NCBI GenBank assembly: GCA_001304155.1
Contig: LJUX01000003.1
Coordinates: forward strand, 331 to 64,330
Reading direction: 5' to 3'
Source: a candidate division Zixibacteria bacterium SM23_73_3
GTDB taxonomy: Bacteria > Zixibacteria > MSB-5A5 > SM1-73
Length of the DNA stretch: 64,000 nucleotides
Positions 1 to 8,766 of the stretch are shown piece by piece (the stretch's first letter is position 1; each line of letters starts with the position of its first letter). The notes beneath the pieces are model-generated. The model was given only the letters and a program-made list of their open reading frames with translations. It was not told the origin of the DNA and ran no database searches. Made by a program: the position numbers and the translations under genes.

Positions 1-1
1 A

Positions 2-181
2 GTACGGATAGGAAACGTAGACCATGTGAGTTACTCCCGCTCGTGTGTCATAGGCTAGGTATTTCTTGACGCCAGCTAGGTCAAACGGAGCGTGGCCTAT
101 TTTCTCCGGTTGCGACCATTCACCGCCATTGGCCTTCTTCATTGCGAACAGAGTATCACGGTAGGGCTGCACTTCCGGGTC
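2..181 (-). CDS. partial hypothetical protein, continues past left window edge
   Basis: Minus-strand frame is open to the edge (..VQPYRDTLFAMKKANGGEWSQPEKIGHAPFDLAGVKKYLAYDTRAGVTHMVYVSYPY). Possible starts are GTG 172 or ATG 142. Same frame as ORF 182..385. No family recognised. Confidence 0.35.
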
Positions 182-385
182 TCACCTCCACTGGCGGTAG
201 AATAAAAATAAGCTATCGCCGTTGCCCAAATACAAACTCTCAATCCTGTTGGTAGAAGTGTTAAAGGTAAGCCGCTGGATCTTCGCTCCTTCCCACTGGG
301 CTTTTGTGCCGGGGCACAAAAGCACGAATGTCCACAGGAGCCATAGGAATGAATAAAGAATGACGAAAGCTATAATCTTTTTCAT
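182..385 (-). CDS. short ORF with signal-peptide-like N-terminus, ends at TGA 182-184
   Basis: ATG at 385 is preceded by AAGGGGAAA. Hydrophobic N-terminus MKKIIAFVILYSFLWLLWTFVLL. The longer ORF-track start at 571 has no support. It may be the 5' part of a gene interrupted by the TGA. Confidence 0.35.
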   Translation of the reverse strand: MKKIIAFVILYSFLWLLWTFVLLCPGTKAQWEGAKIQRLTFNTSTNRIESLYLGNGDSLFLFYRQWR

Positions 386-645
386 TTTCCCCTTAAGCTT
401 GGATGTATTAACTTTCCTCCCCCAAATGAAATATGCACTACCGTTTTTATTTGTCAACTGGTTTTTGAGAGATATCTGAAAGCGATGAGGTATTAAAGTT
501 CTTTTGTTAACCTCTCTGAGCCCTTGCCCATTTTTCATACAATTTTCCTTCCCCATCGAAAGAGATGGCAACTTGTGTCGATTATCTCGAAAGTAGCATG
601 ATTCCTTTTTCCTGAAGGAATCTCTTTGACAACAAGGAGGGGGCT

Positions 646-2007
646 ATGCCTTCAATTTTAGTGATTGAAGATAAAGATAGCATGAGAGGGATGCTTTCCA
701 AAACTCTGGAGGCGGAAGGATATGAGGTGGAGGCTGTCAGAAATGGTGAAGGCGGATTGGAGAAAGCCAAAGAGAAGAAATATGATGTGGTGCTGACGGA
801 TTTAAAACTCCCCCGGATGGATGGCATTGAAGTGCTGTCCTCATTGAAGGAGCTGGATCACGACGTGGCGGTTATCCTGATGACCGCCTATGGCACCATT
901 GAGACGGCGGTGGAAGCCATGAAGGAGGGAGCTTTCGATTTTCTCACCAAACCTTTCGATACGGATCATCTAAGCGTTCTGATAAAAAGAGCATTGGAGA
1001 ACCGGAGGTTGGTGGCGGAGAATGTCCTTTTAAGAGAGGAGTTGGGGCACAACTTAGGCTATGCAGAGATCATTGGAAAATGTGAAAAAATGCAACAGGT
1101 CTCTCGACTCATTCAGAAGGTGGCACCTTCAGATACAACGGTGTTGCTTTTAGGAGAATCCGGAACGGGGAAGGAGCTTTTCGCTCGTGCCATCCATAGC
1201 CTGAGCAAAAGAAGAAAGGGTCCTTATGTGGCTATAAATTGCGCCGCCATACCCAGAGAGCTTTTGGAGAATGAACTCTTCGGATCGGAAAGAGGAGCCT
1301 ATACCGGTTCAGTGACGCGCAAGATGGGAAAATTTGAGATAGCACAGGGAGGAACTATTTTCTTAGATGAGGTGGGAGACTTAGATATTGCCCTTCAGGC
1401 AAAACTTCTCCGGGTTCTTCAGGACAAAACCTTTGAACGGCTGGGAGGAACAAAGACCTTATCAGTGGACGTTAGAGTGATCGCAGCCTCCAATGCGGAC
1501 TTGAAAAAAACAACTGAGAAAAAACAATTCCGGGAAGATTTGTTTTACAGACTGTCCGTCTTCCCTATGACCATTCCGCCTTTAAGAGAAAGAAGGGAGG
1601 ACATACCGGAGTTAGCTGACTACTTTGTGAAAAAGTATTGTGCTGAGATGAAAAAGCCAAAAAAGAGCATCTCCAGGGAGGCGACGGCTCTTTTGGATAA
1701 ATACCACTGGCCGGGTAATGTCAGAGAGCTGGAAAATACCATAGAGAGAGCTATAATTCTGTGCGAGGGCAAAAAGATTTTGCCTGAGCATTTGGCCATA
1801 AGAATCCCCACGCCCAGTGAGATAAGATTACGAGAAGGTGCGGGCTTAAAAGAGGTGGGGCAGTATGCTCAAGCAGAGGCGGAGAGAGCTTTGATAATAC
1901 GGATTCTCAATCAAGTTAGAGGAAACAAAAGAAAAGCCGCCCAGGCGTTAAAAATTGATTATACCACCTTGTTCGAAAAGATAAGGAAATATAGCATCGA
2001 TGCCTGA
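646..2007 (+). CDS. sigma54-dependent response regulator (NtrC/PilR family: receiver + AAA+ + Fis HTH)
   Basis: Receiver motif DLKLPRMDG. Walker A GESGTGKE. GAFTGA-loop variant GAYTGS. C-terminal Fis-type HTH (RKAAQALKIDYTTLFEKIRKY). SD AGGAGGGGG precedes the ATG. Confidence 0.93.
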   Translation: MPSILVIEDKDSMRGMLSKTLEAEGYEVEAVRNGEGGLEKAKEKKYDVVLTDLKLPRMDGIEVLSSLKELDHDVAVILMTAYGTIETAVEAMKEGAFDFLTKPFDTDHLSVLIKRALENRRLVAENVLLREELGHNLGYAEIIGKCEKMQQVSRLIQKVAPSDTTVLLLGESGTGKELFARAIHSLSKRRKGPYVAINCAAIPRELLENELFGSERGAYTGSVTRKMGKFEIAQGGTIFLDEVGDLDIALQAKLLRVLQDKTFERLGGTKTLSVDVRVIAASNADLKKTTEKKQFREDLFYRLSVFPMTIPPLRERREDIPELADYFVKKYCAEMKKPKKSISREATALLDKYHWPGNVRELENTIERAIILCEGKKILPEHLAIRIPTPSEIRLREGAGLKEVGQYAQAEAERALIIRILNQVRGNKRKAAQALKIDYTTLFEKIRKYSIDA

Positions 2008-2094
2008 ATTTTCTCTGCTTTGGATTATTCAACAAGCCAAGAGATCGGTCTACTATTTAAGATGACGTTGGCCCAGTGGTTTGTTTTTGGCTTG

Positions 2095-2132
2095 AATAAA
2101 AAGACGCCCCTTTGGGGAGCGTCTTTTTTTTT
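2095..2132. terminator. bidirectional rho-independent terminator between convergent genes
   Basis: GACGCCCC-tttg-GGGG(a)GCGTC stem, flanked by an A-run upstream and a 9-T run downstream. Confidence 0.75.
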
Positions 2133-4425
2133 ATTTTTCAGTCAGGCGATCCTTTGGCTCGTAGTCTGCACAGGGCTTGGGTGCATAATAATACAGAAAC
2201 TTATACAGATAACTAAGGTCGTGTATGTTTATTTCATCATCACAGTTAACGTCACAAATATAGAGAGGGTCCGGCGCGGAAACATTCCCGGATAGGAAGT
2301 TGACAAGATAATTTATATCTCCGTAATCGATAAATCCATCTCTGTTCATGTCTCCAGCAATGATGTCTGGATAGGTATACTCAAAGGCTCCCATGTCGAT
2401 TCGGCTTCTACCATCAGGAGGAACAGGATCTTTTGGGTCTCCAGAGTCTATACAGGGTGAACTGAGGCAGAGATGAAAATTCCCATGCGCCGGGTTTCCA
2501 AAGCACGGATCCTTTGAGATGTTACCATTGTTTTCAGTTGGATTTTCCGCTAACCCATAATAATTCATTGTATCGTTTTCGCAGACGTTACCCCAGACGT
2601 TATTATGGAACAGGTAAGCAGCTCCCTCAAAGGTGAACAGGCCATAACCCTGATTATGGGTGATTATGTTGTTCTCAAAGGACCAGGGTCCACCAAAGTA
2701 TCTGACAGCATCCGCCTGGTTATAGCTGATAGTGTTGTTTGCCACCTGAAAATCTCCTGCAATACCGTGGTCATACAAAACAACTGCCGAAGCCCCGGAA
2801 TCATTGTGAATCACATTGCGAATGAGTTTGACTGAGTTGGGATTCAAAAGATGGATTCCTGAACCTCCACCACCGGCGTAATTCCCGCAGATGGTGTTGT
2901 GCTGAATATCAGGGTCGGAGTTGAAACAATATATACCTGCTCCATGACCGTCATAATTGTGATTTTCAGTTATCTGGTTGCGCAGGATTTTGGGTTTTGA
3001 TTCATAACAGTATACGCCTGCCCCATAACCGGAATGATTCTCATTATTGGTTACAAGGTTGTCAAGAATATTAAGACTGGAGTTATAACAATATATCCCT
3101 CCTCCATAAGAAACATTATCACCCCTACCCTTCTGGATAGTGAAACCGCGTAGTGTAACCTGTTCGCTTCGACCAACGGTCACCACCCAACCTGCATGCT
3201 GAGCTTCAATGATGGTGGATTTTATGGTGGATTCTTCCTGATCGAATATGAAATGACTTGCCACCAATATCTTATCCTTATTCATTATGTCTATGTTCTC
3301 CTTATATAACCCTCTTTCCACCAAGACGGAGTCACCCGCTTTAGCACAATTTATTCCCCTCTGGATGGTTCGGAAGGGTGAACCCCATCCCCCATCCCCT
3401 GATAGGTCACTTCCCTGGGTGGAGACGTACCAAACCGGACCCCGATAAGACGATTTTTGACGAATAGCCAACGCCAATTCCTTCTCATGGGTGATGAGGT
3501 CTCCTTGGGGAGTTTTCCCTCTGGCAATGATGGTTATGCCAGGACAAATCTGAGGAAGAGTTTTGGGTGAAACGAAAATCAATAAAGTTGAACTGCCTGG
3601 AAGTTTTTCGATTTGTGTTGGATATAGATATCTTTTGAGCATGGAGCAACCTGAGACACCAAGAGTAACCGGTCCCTCGAATCCCCCCAAAGGTGTCAGG
3701 ATCAGTTTAAAGTGGTTGGAATTCGCCTTATCCCCTCCCGACCTTGCCATGCTGGATTCCCATTCCGAATACCTCACCAAGGTCTCGGGAACGACAGTTA
3801 TGGTGAAATCTGGCTTTACCAACGTTGCAGAACCAAAGCTTGTCCCTCCAAATGTACCTCCGGGAGGAGCATATGTTTTGCCGGCTCCATCGGTGTTCAT
3901 TTCGTAGTTAGTGACCAAACCAGGTTGTGAATCTTGATTACCCTCAGAAAAAGCCACTCTGTCTGCATGGATGATTCTGCCCTCTTCATCAGTTACGAGT
4001 GCTGGGTCAGACAACTGTTTTTCTTGGGTGGCGATTTGCTGGGATGAGACTACTCCCTTATACGCAGAAAACAACAGAAGTACAAAAGCGCATGCCAAGC
4101 CGAATGCCAACACCTTCTTCTTCATAGGAATCTTCACCACCTTCTCAGCGGTGAAATTGTGCTCCTGAGCCAAAAGATCGGTTAGCCTGTCTTTGATGCT
4201 TTGTTTGATGTTGTCGGTAATCTGTTCTGCTTCCTCTGCGCTCTGACACTTGAAAGAGAGATCTATCTGATTCAGTTTATGGGTCCCCAGGCCATCCGAG
4301 TTGAGATCGACCGTGGGCATGCCAGACTTCTTTATCTTTTTTGTCTCCTCTGAGTTGAATTCCACATTCTCCAAAAAGACAATATACTCGCCTCCCTTTA
4401 GCAGTTTTTTTACCTTTAATCGCAT
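2131..4425 (-). CDS. membrane-anchored/secreted right-handed beta-helix repeat protein with C-terminal dockerin-like module
   Basis: Repeated NxxIxxN / G-rich beta-helix turns (NNLVTNNENHSGYGAGVYCY, RNQITENHNYDGHGAGIYCF). C-terminal GDMNRDGFIDYGDINYLVNFL..CDVNCDDEINIHDLSYLYKFL. Start placed at ATG 4425 because GGAGGT lies 4 nt upstream. A second possible start at 4125 gives a classical signal peptide. Confidence 0.8.
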   Translation of the reverse strand: MRLKVKKLLKGGEYIVFLENVEFNSEETKKIKKSGMPTVDLNSDGLGTHKLNQIDLSFKCQSAEEAEQITDNIKQSIKDRLTDLLAQEHNFTAEKVVKIPMKKKVLAFGLACAFVLLLFSAYKGVVSSQQIATQEKQLSDPALVTDEEGRIIHADRVAFSEGNQDSQPGLVTNYEMNTDGAGKTYAPPGGTFGGTSFGSATLVKPDFTITVVPETLVRYSEWESSMARSGGDKANSNHFKLILTPLGGFEGPVTLGVSGCSMLKRYLYPTQIEKLPGSSTLLIFVSPKTLPQICPGITIIARGKTPQGDLITHEKELALAIRQKSSYRGPVWYVSTQGSDLSGDGGWGSPFRTIQRGINCAKAGDSVLVERGLYKENIDIMNKDKILVASHFIFDQEESTIKSTIIEAQHAGWVVTVGRSEQVTLRGFTIQKGRGDNVSYGGGIYCYNSSLNILDNLVTNNENHSGYGAGVYCYESKPKILRNQITENHNYDGHGAGIYCFNSDPDIQHNTICGNYAGGGGSGIHLLNPNSVKLIRNVIHNDSGASAVVLYDHGIAGDFQVANNTISYNQADAVRYFGGPWSFENNIITHNQGYGLFTFEGAAYLFHNNVWGNVCENDTMNYYGLAENPTENNGNISKDPCFGNPAHGNFHLCLSSPCIDSGDPKDPVPPDGRSRIDMGAFEYTYPDIIAGDMNRDGFIDYGDINYLVNFLSGNVSAPDPLYICDVNCDDEINIHDLSYLYKFLYYYAPKPCADYEPKDRLTEK

Positions 4426-5116
4426 GGTTACCTCCATTCAAGTAAAAATATTCGGGTCAACATGAGACGGTTAATAGCTTCCTGATGGCTCTTCATTCGA
4501 TTATTTTAATGTTAAACTTTTGTTTTAACCTTAGCTTGCCTATGATGTATAGAAGGGTTTAAGGTTGTGACTGTCCTCTTGGTTGTACAGAAGCGAACAG
4601 CTTAAAAAAACTATATGATTGAAGGATAGTTACTAAACAGGGATTTGATGATCCCGAAAGATCACCATCCCAAATGATTGATTTTCCTCAAGGCTTCAAA
4701 AGACAAATCCCCAGACCAGGAGGTGACATCAGAGGCTGGAAGGTCAGAATTTTTTCTTGATGTCCTTTCCTTTTCAATAGGGAGACCCGAATTTGATGGG
4801 TCAATGAGAACTTCGTCTGAATTAAAAGAACCTTTGGTTACTAATTTAGAAATGATTTTGTCTCTTGTCAAGGATTTTTTGATGTTTGTACAAAATTGCT
4901 CAGGAGTGAGTGCTTGACCTACTGAGTTATTTAAGAGCCTAATGAATTGAACAACAACAAGAAAGGAGGAAGGTAAGAGTATCCCCAAGCCACGTTTTTG
5001 GGCTGGTCAAACGCCCCAAAATGCAGATACCAAACGAATTACATTCCAGCGATAGTCTTAGTTCACTTGTCCTGGCATCATCAGAATCTAACTTAAGTTG
5101 AGTTCTGGAATTCGTA

Positions 5117-6805
5117 TTAATGCGAACAGGGTCCAGGTCCGCCCTGATACAGGTAATTTACCAGGTAGAGCACATCAGAAAGTTCAATCTGGTCATCGCA
5201 ATCCACGTCGCCTAAGAATAAGGGTGAAGGAGGAGGTCCACCTTTGTAAAGATAATTTATAAGATAGAGCACATCTGCAAGGTTGATTTCCTCATCGCCG
5301 GTCAAATCTCCGGTAATATAGAAGGTATACTGAATGGCAGCTAAAACATCGGGAATTCCCCAACCGTAGGTATTATCCGGAGATGAAGAGTTGTCGCCAC
5401 TTTCCATCATGGCTTCCCTCACCTGCATGGGGGTCCAGTCGGGATGGGCAGAGAGAATTACTGCCGCCGCTCCCCCGATGAGAGGAGTGGAAAGTGAGGT
5501 TCCGCTGGCATAGGTATATCCGGCAGGATTATACGGGTCGGCACAGCGAGTGGAAACTCCTCTGGCACATACCTCTGGCTTTATCCTTCCGTCATATGTG
5601 GGACCTCTGGAGCTGAAATACGCAATTTCTCCACTTGAGTTTACTGCACCACAGGCGAGGATGCTGTCCGCATCTGCAGGAGCGTGTAAAGTTCCACTTC
5701 CAGGTCCTGCATTTGCCATGGCATTGCACACTACGATTCCCCGCTGAGCGGCAATGTCTGCGGCGATGGTGGTGACTGCGGTGTTTCCATCCAGATCAGG
5801 GTAGGTGTACCAATCCATATATGCTAAAGAGCTGGAAATGACATCTGCACCGATGCTATCCGCCCATTCCATCCCCGCCATCCAGTTATCCTCCTCAATC
5901 GGCTGCTCCATGGAGATGTCTTCCGTTTTTGCCAGGAGAAAACAGGCTCCATATGCAGGTCCATAAAGATTTCCATCAGCGGCTCCACCCAGGGCGGACC
6001 AGGTGTAGGTGCCATGATTATGCTGTCCCGATGGATCGCCAGACTCATTCTGGGTATTGCCGTCGTTATTGATAAAATCCCACTCAGCTAAAACACTATC
6101 TTCTGAAAAAGCCTGATGGTCTTTTAGATAACCGGTATCCATCATACAGACTATGACGCCTTGCCCATAATATCCCAGGTTGTGAGCCGCGGGGATGTTT
6201 AACTGCTGAAGCTGGGCATAGGAGGCGCCGTAATTTAAGTCGAGCGGCCCTTTTCCTTCAGGCATCGCTTCTGGAGGTGCTTCTATTCTAATGGGTTTCC
6301 TTTTCCCTCCTAAGACTGGTTTTATGGATCGAACAAAGCTCAGCTTGGATATTCTTTCCAGCTCTCCCACTGGAATCTCAAAGCTGGCAGCATTTAGCCA
6401 CCTGCTTCTTTGCCTGAACTTCGCCTGGAAATTCAATATGCGGTCGATATAACTCTGATTCACCTGAAGATCATAAAAGTCAACCAAACTCTGCCTCATG
6501 GTTTTGGATCTTCGCCAGGCGGCTCTGGAGGTCAAAGTTTTCTTTGCCTGAATTACAGCCGAGTGGTAACCTTCCAGATCCTGGAAACCTTTATCTGTGA
6601 AGAAAACCCACACTTTTACCTTTTCTTGTGGACTCAATTTCGCCAAATGTTGCCTGAATTTCTCTGAAAGGACCGGACTATCTTTGAGCAAGACAAATTT
6701 CGGGTGTTGCGAGGACTGACTGCGTATTGGGACACTCATCCCCAAAACTAAGTAAAGGATGAAAAAGGGGAAAATACACTTTCTTAAAATTGAGAAGGGA
6801 AACAT
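5117..6805 (-). CDS. subtilisin-family (S8) serine peptidase with C-terminal dockerin-like module
   Basis: Catalytic triad contexts VCMMDTGY (Asp), HNHGTYTWS (His), SGTSLSTP (Ser). N-terminal signal peptide. C-terminal GDLTGDEEINLADVLYLINYLY..GDVDCDDQIELSDVLYLVNYLY. SD AAGGAG. Confidence 0.92.
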   Translation of the reverse strand: MFPFSILRKCIFPFFILYLVLGMSVPIRSQSSQHPKFVLLKDSPVLSEKFRQHLAKLSPQEKVKVWVFFTDKGFQDLEGYHSAVIQAKKTLTSRAAWRRSKTMRQSLVDFYDLQVNQSYIDRILNFQAKFRQRSRWLNAASFEIPVGELERISKLSFVRSIKPVLGGKRKPIRIEAPPEAMPEGKGPLDLNYGASYAQLQQLNIPAAHNLGYYGQGVIVCMMDTGYLKDHQAFSEDSVLAEWDFINNDGNTQNESGDPSGQHNHGTYTWSALGGAADGNLYGPAYGACFLLAKTEDISMEQPIEEDNWMAGMEWADSIGADVISSSLAYMDWYTYPDLDGNTAVTTIAADIAAQRGIVVCNAMANAGPGSGTLHAPADADSILACGAVNSSGEIAYFSSRGPTYDGRIKPEVCARGVSTRCADPYNPAGYTYASGTSLSTPLIGGAAAVILSAHPDWTPMQVREAMMESGDNSSSPDNTYGWGIPDVLAAIQYTFYITGDLTGDEEINLADVLYLINYLYKGGPPPSPLFLGDVDCDDQIELSDVLYLVNYLYQGGPGPCSH

Positions 6806-7363
6806 GCTACTACTCCTTTGTTTTTGAGTATCAGCAAAACAGCCGTAAATTTTTAATTACCCAATCATAAGACAGAATCTCAGCCGGCGTCTCAGAAGAT
6901 CTGATAAATGGGCTTCTAATCTACACCTTCTCTTTTTAATTTACGTAAAAATCACCGTTTGTCAATTGTTTTTATTTTCGTTCACAAAGAGGTCGAGCGA
7001 TTTAAGTAAAAATGTGATCGGAAGGATTTACAACTTTTTACACTGCTGACCTTTTTCTCTTTCCCTCTCTCCTCGAGAGTGCTCAACTTCACCTTTGCTC
7101 TCTCGGTCTCCAAAGGGGGCCTAATTTACTCCCATCTTAACCTAAATCAAGAACTTTAATCTGGGGACAACTTCAACACGACAATTCTTTTTGAGCGAAT
7201 AGTATGGGCTTTTCTCCATAATCTGTCGATTCGACTCTATGTTTATTTACTCCAAACATGTTCCTTGGTCGATTTCTCATCAAAAAGCAAAAAATGTAGG
7301 GCTGAAAATCTTCAACCTCAGTGTGTTGTGTTATCTGATGATTAATGCCTAAAATGACCTGTT

Positions 7364-7379
7364 CGGCATTGGGTTTGCT
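7364..7379 (+). promoter_or_regulatory. candidate sigma54 (-24/-12) promoter for the pilin gene
   Basis: cGGCAT-tgggt-TTGCT matches TGGCAC-N5-TTGCW with correct GG-N10-GC spacing, 60 nt upstream of ATG 7439. Confidence 0.5.
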
Positions 7380-7438
7380 AAAAAAGAGCAAAGGAGCAGA
7401 ACGCACAGCTAAAATATATAAATTTAAAGGAAAGGAAG

Positions 7439-7939
7439 ATGAGACACAAGAAGAATTCCAAAGGGATCACCTTGCTGGAGTTGGTGATTGTTGTGGTTAC
7501 TTTGGGAGTTATTGTTGCTATGGCCGCACCTCGATTTGGAGAGATCCTGCCCAGACTGAAATTCAAAAGCAAAAGCCGGGATATCGTTTCCGACATGCGA
7601 CTGGCCAAGTCTAATGCCATTGCCCAAAGAACTCAATTTGGACTCTATTTCGATTACAGTCAGAACGGATACGTCCTGTTCCAAGATAAGGTTAATCCGG
7701 ACCTGCTTACCTACGAAGTTGGAGACTCAGTCATCAAGACAGTAAGTCTGGGACAAGATGTATTTCTTTATTATGTCTCTTTTGACAATAACACCGTCGT
7801 TTTCAGGGCGGACGGAAGTGCGAACAGTTCAGGAAGTGCAACCATAGCACGTGATCAAGGAGGGGAACTGGCGGACATAAACGTTCTGGCTTCCACAGGC
7901 AGGGTGAGGCTCACCTTTCAGTATACAGAAGTAGATTGA
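7439..7939 (+). CDS. type IV pilin-like protein (GspH/FimT-like pseudopilin fold)
   Basis: Class III signal MRHKKNSKG|ITLLELVIVVV with Glu at +5 and a hydrophobic N-terminal helix. SD GGAAAGGAAG. Confidence 0.85.
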   Translation: MRHKKNSKGITLLELVIVVVTLGVIVAMAAPRFGEILPRLKFKSKSRDIVSDMRLAKSNAIAQRTQFGLYFDYSQNGYVLFQDKVNPDLLTYEVGDSVIKTVSLGQDVFLYYVSFDNNTVVFRADGSANSSGSATIARDQGGELADINVLASTGRVRLTFQYTEVD

Positions 7940-8766
7940 GACACAGAAGAAGATGTGATTGAAGTAAGAAAGAAAATCCTTTCCCCTGGGAGAAGAGGGT
8001 AGTTTTATATCATCAAAGATATTTTTTCTTACCTTATTATAAAAAGATTGTTTGTATATCTTAATTCATCTTAAAATCAAGTGTTCAGAACTTCTCTATT
8101 TCACCATAGATGAGGTGGATTTTCTTTCAAACTTCCGCAGCCACCACCAGAATCTTTAAAGCATAAGGTTCAACCAGCTATCCCTCCAACCTCTCTTGCA
8201 GAATAGTTACTACCGAATGAGTATCTGTTCACCGGTATGAATCTTTCGGTTCATACCACAGGCTCCAGCGGAACGCGCTTTGGTGTACCATCTAGTTCAT
8301 CATACCGGGTGGTGCATACCAACGGATCTGCTCGGGAAAGAAAAATTGTGATAGTCTTACTCCCCATCTTATTTTTTATTTCACATGAAGGGGGGAGATG
8401 GGGATAAGGATGAGATTTCAATTGGCCTTATGATCTGCGGATGATTTTCCATGGGGGATGAATTGCCATCTTGTGAGCGGGTTGATCATTTAAATTTGAG
8501 AAGATGCTCTCTTCAGGATGGTGAAAGATTTTTTGATATTTAAATGTGAAAGAAATTAAGTTTCTTCCCCTGAGTGTCGATTGTAGTTATAAGTGGAGTA
8601 AAGGAAGACAAAAACATGGTGATTTCCTTTGAGAAAAGCGATACCGTTATGTATCTCAAAAATTTTTACGGTGGCTTAAGGTTTTTAAAATTTCAGCCGA
8701 CAACAAAAGTAGTGTAATTTCTAAATCATCACTTTTGTCGGGCAAAATTAAAAAAAAGAGACTCAT

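Noticed and set aside
182-184. The in-frame TGA as selenocysteine or a genetic-code reassignment.
   Set aside because: No SECIS-like hairpin follows within 10-30 nt. The context (YRQWR-U-DPEV) is not a redox motif. Many well-supported genes in the window terminate at TGA (for example 646..2007 and csrA), so TGA is a normal stop here.
2020-2295. 91-aa + strand ORF after the NtrC-like gene.
   Set aside because: It runs through the bidirectional terminator and overlaps the 3' end (dockerin region) of the minus-strand beta-helix gene. Spurious.
4662-4988. Overlapping ORFs (108 aa on the minus strand, 79 aa on the plus strand) in the 690-bp spacer between the beta-helix gene and the protease gene.
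   Set aside because: They are mutually antisense. The TTG start has no SD. There are no recognisable motifs. The sequence alone cannot decide whether either is coding.
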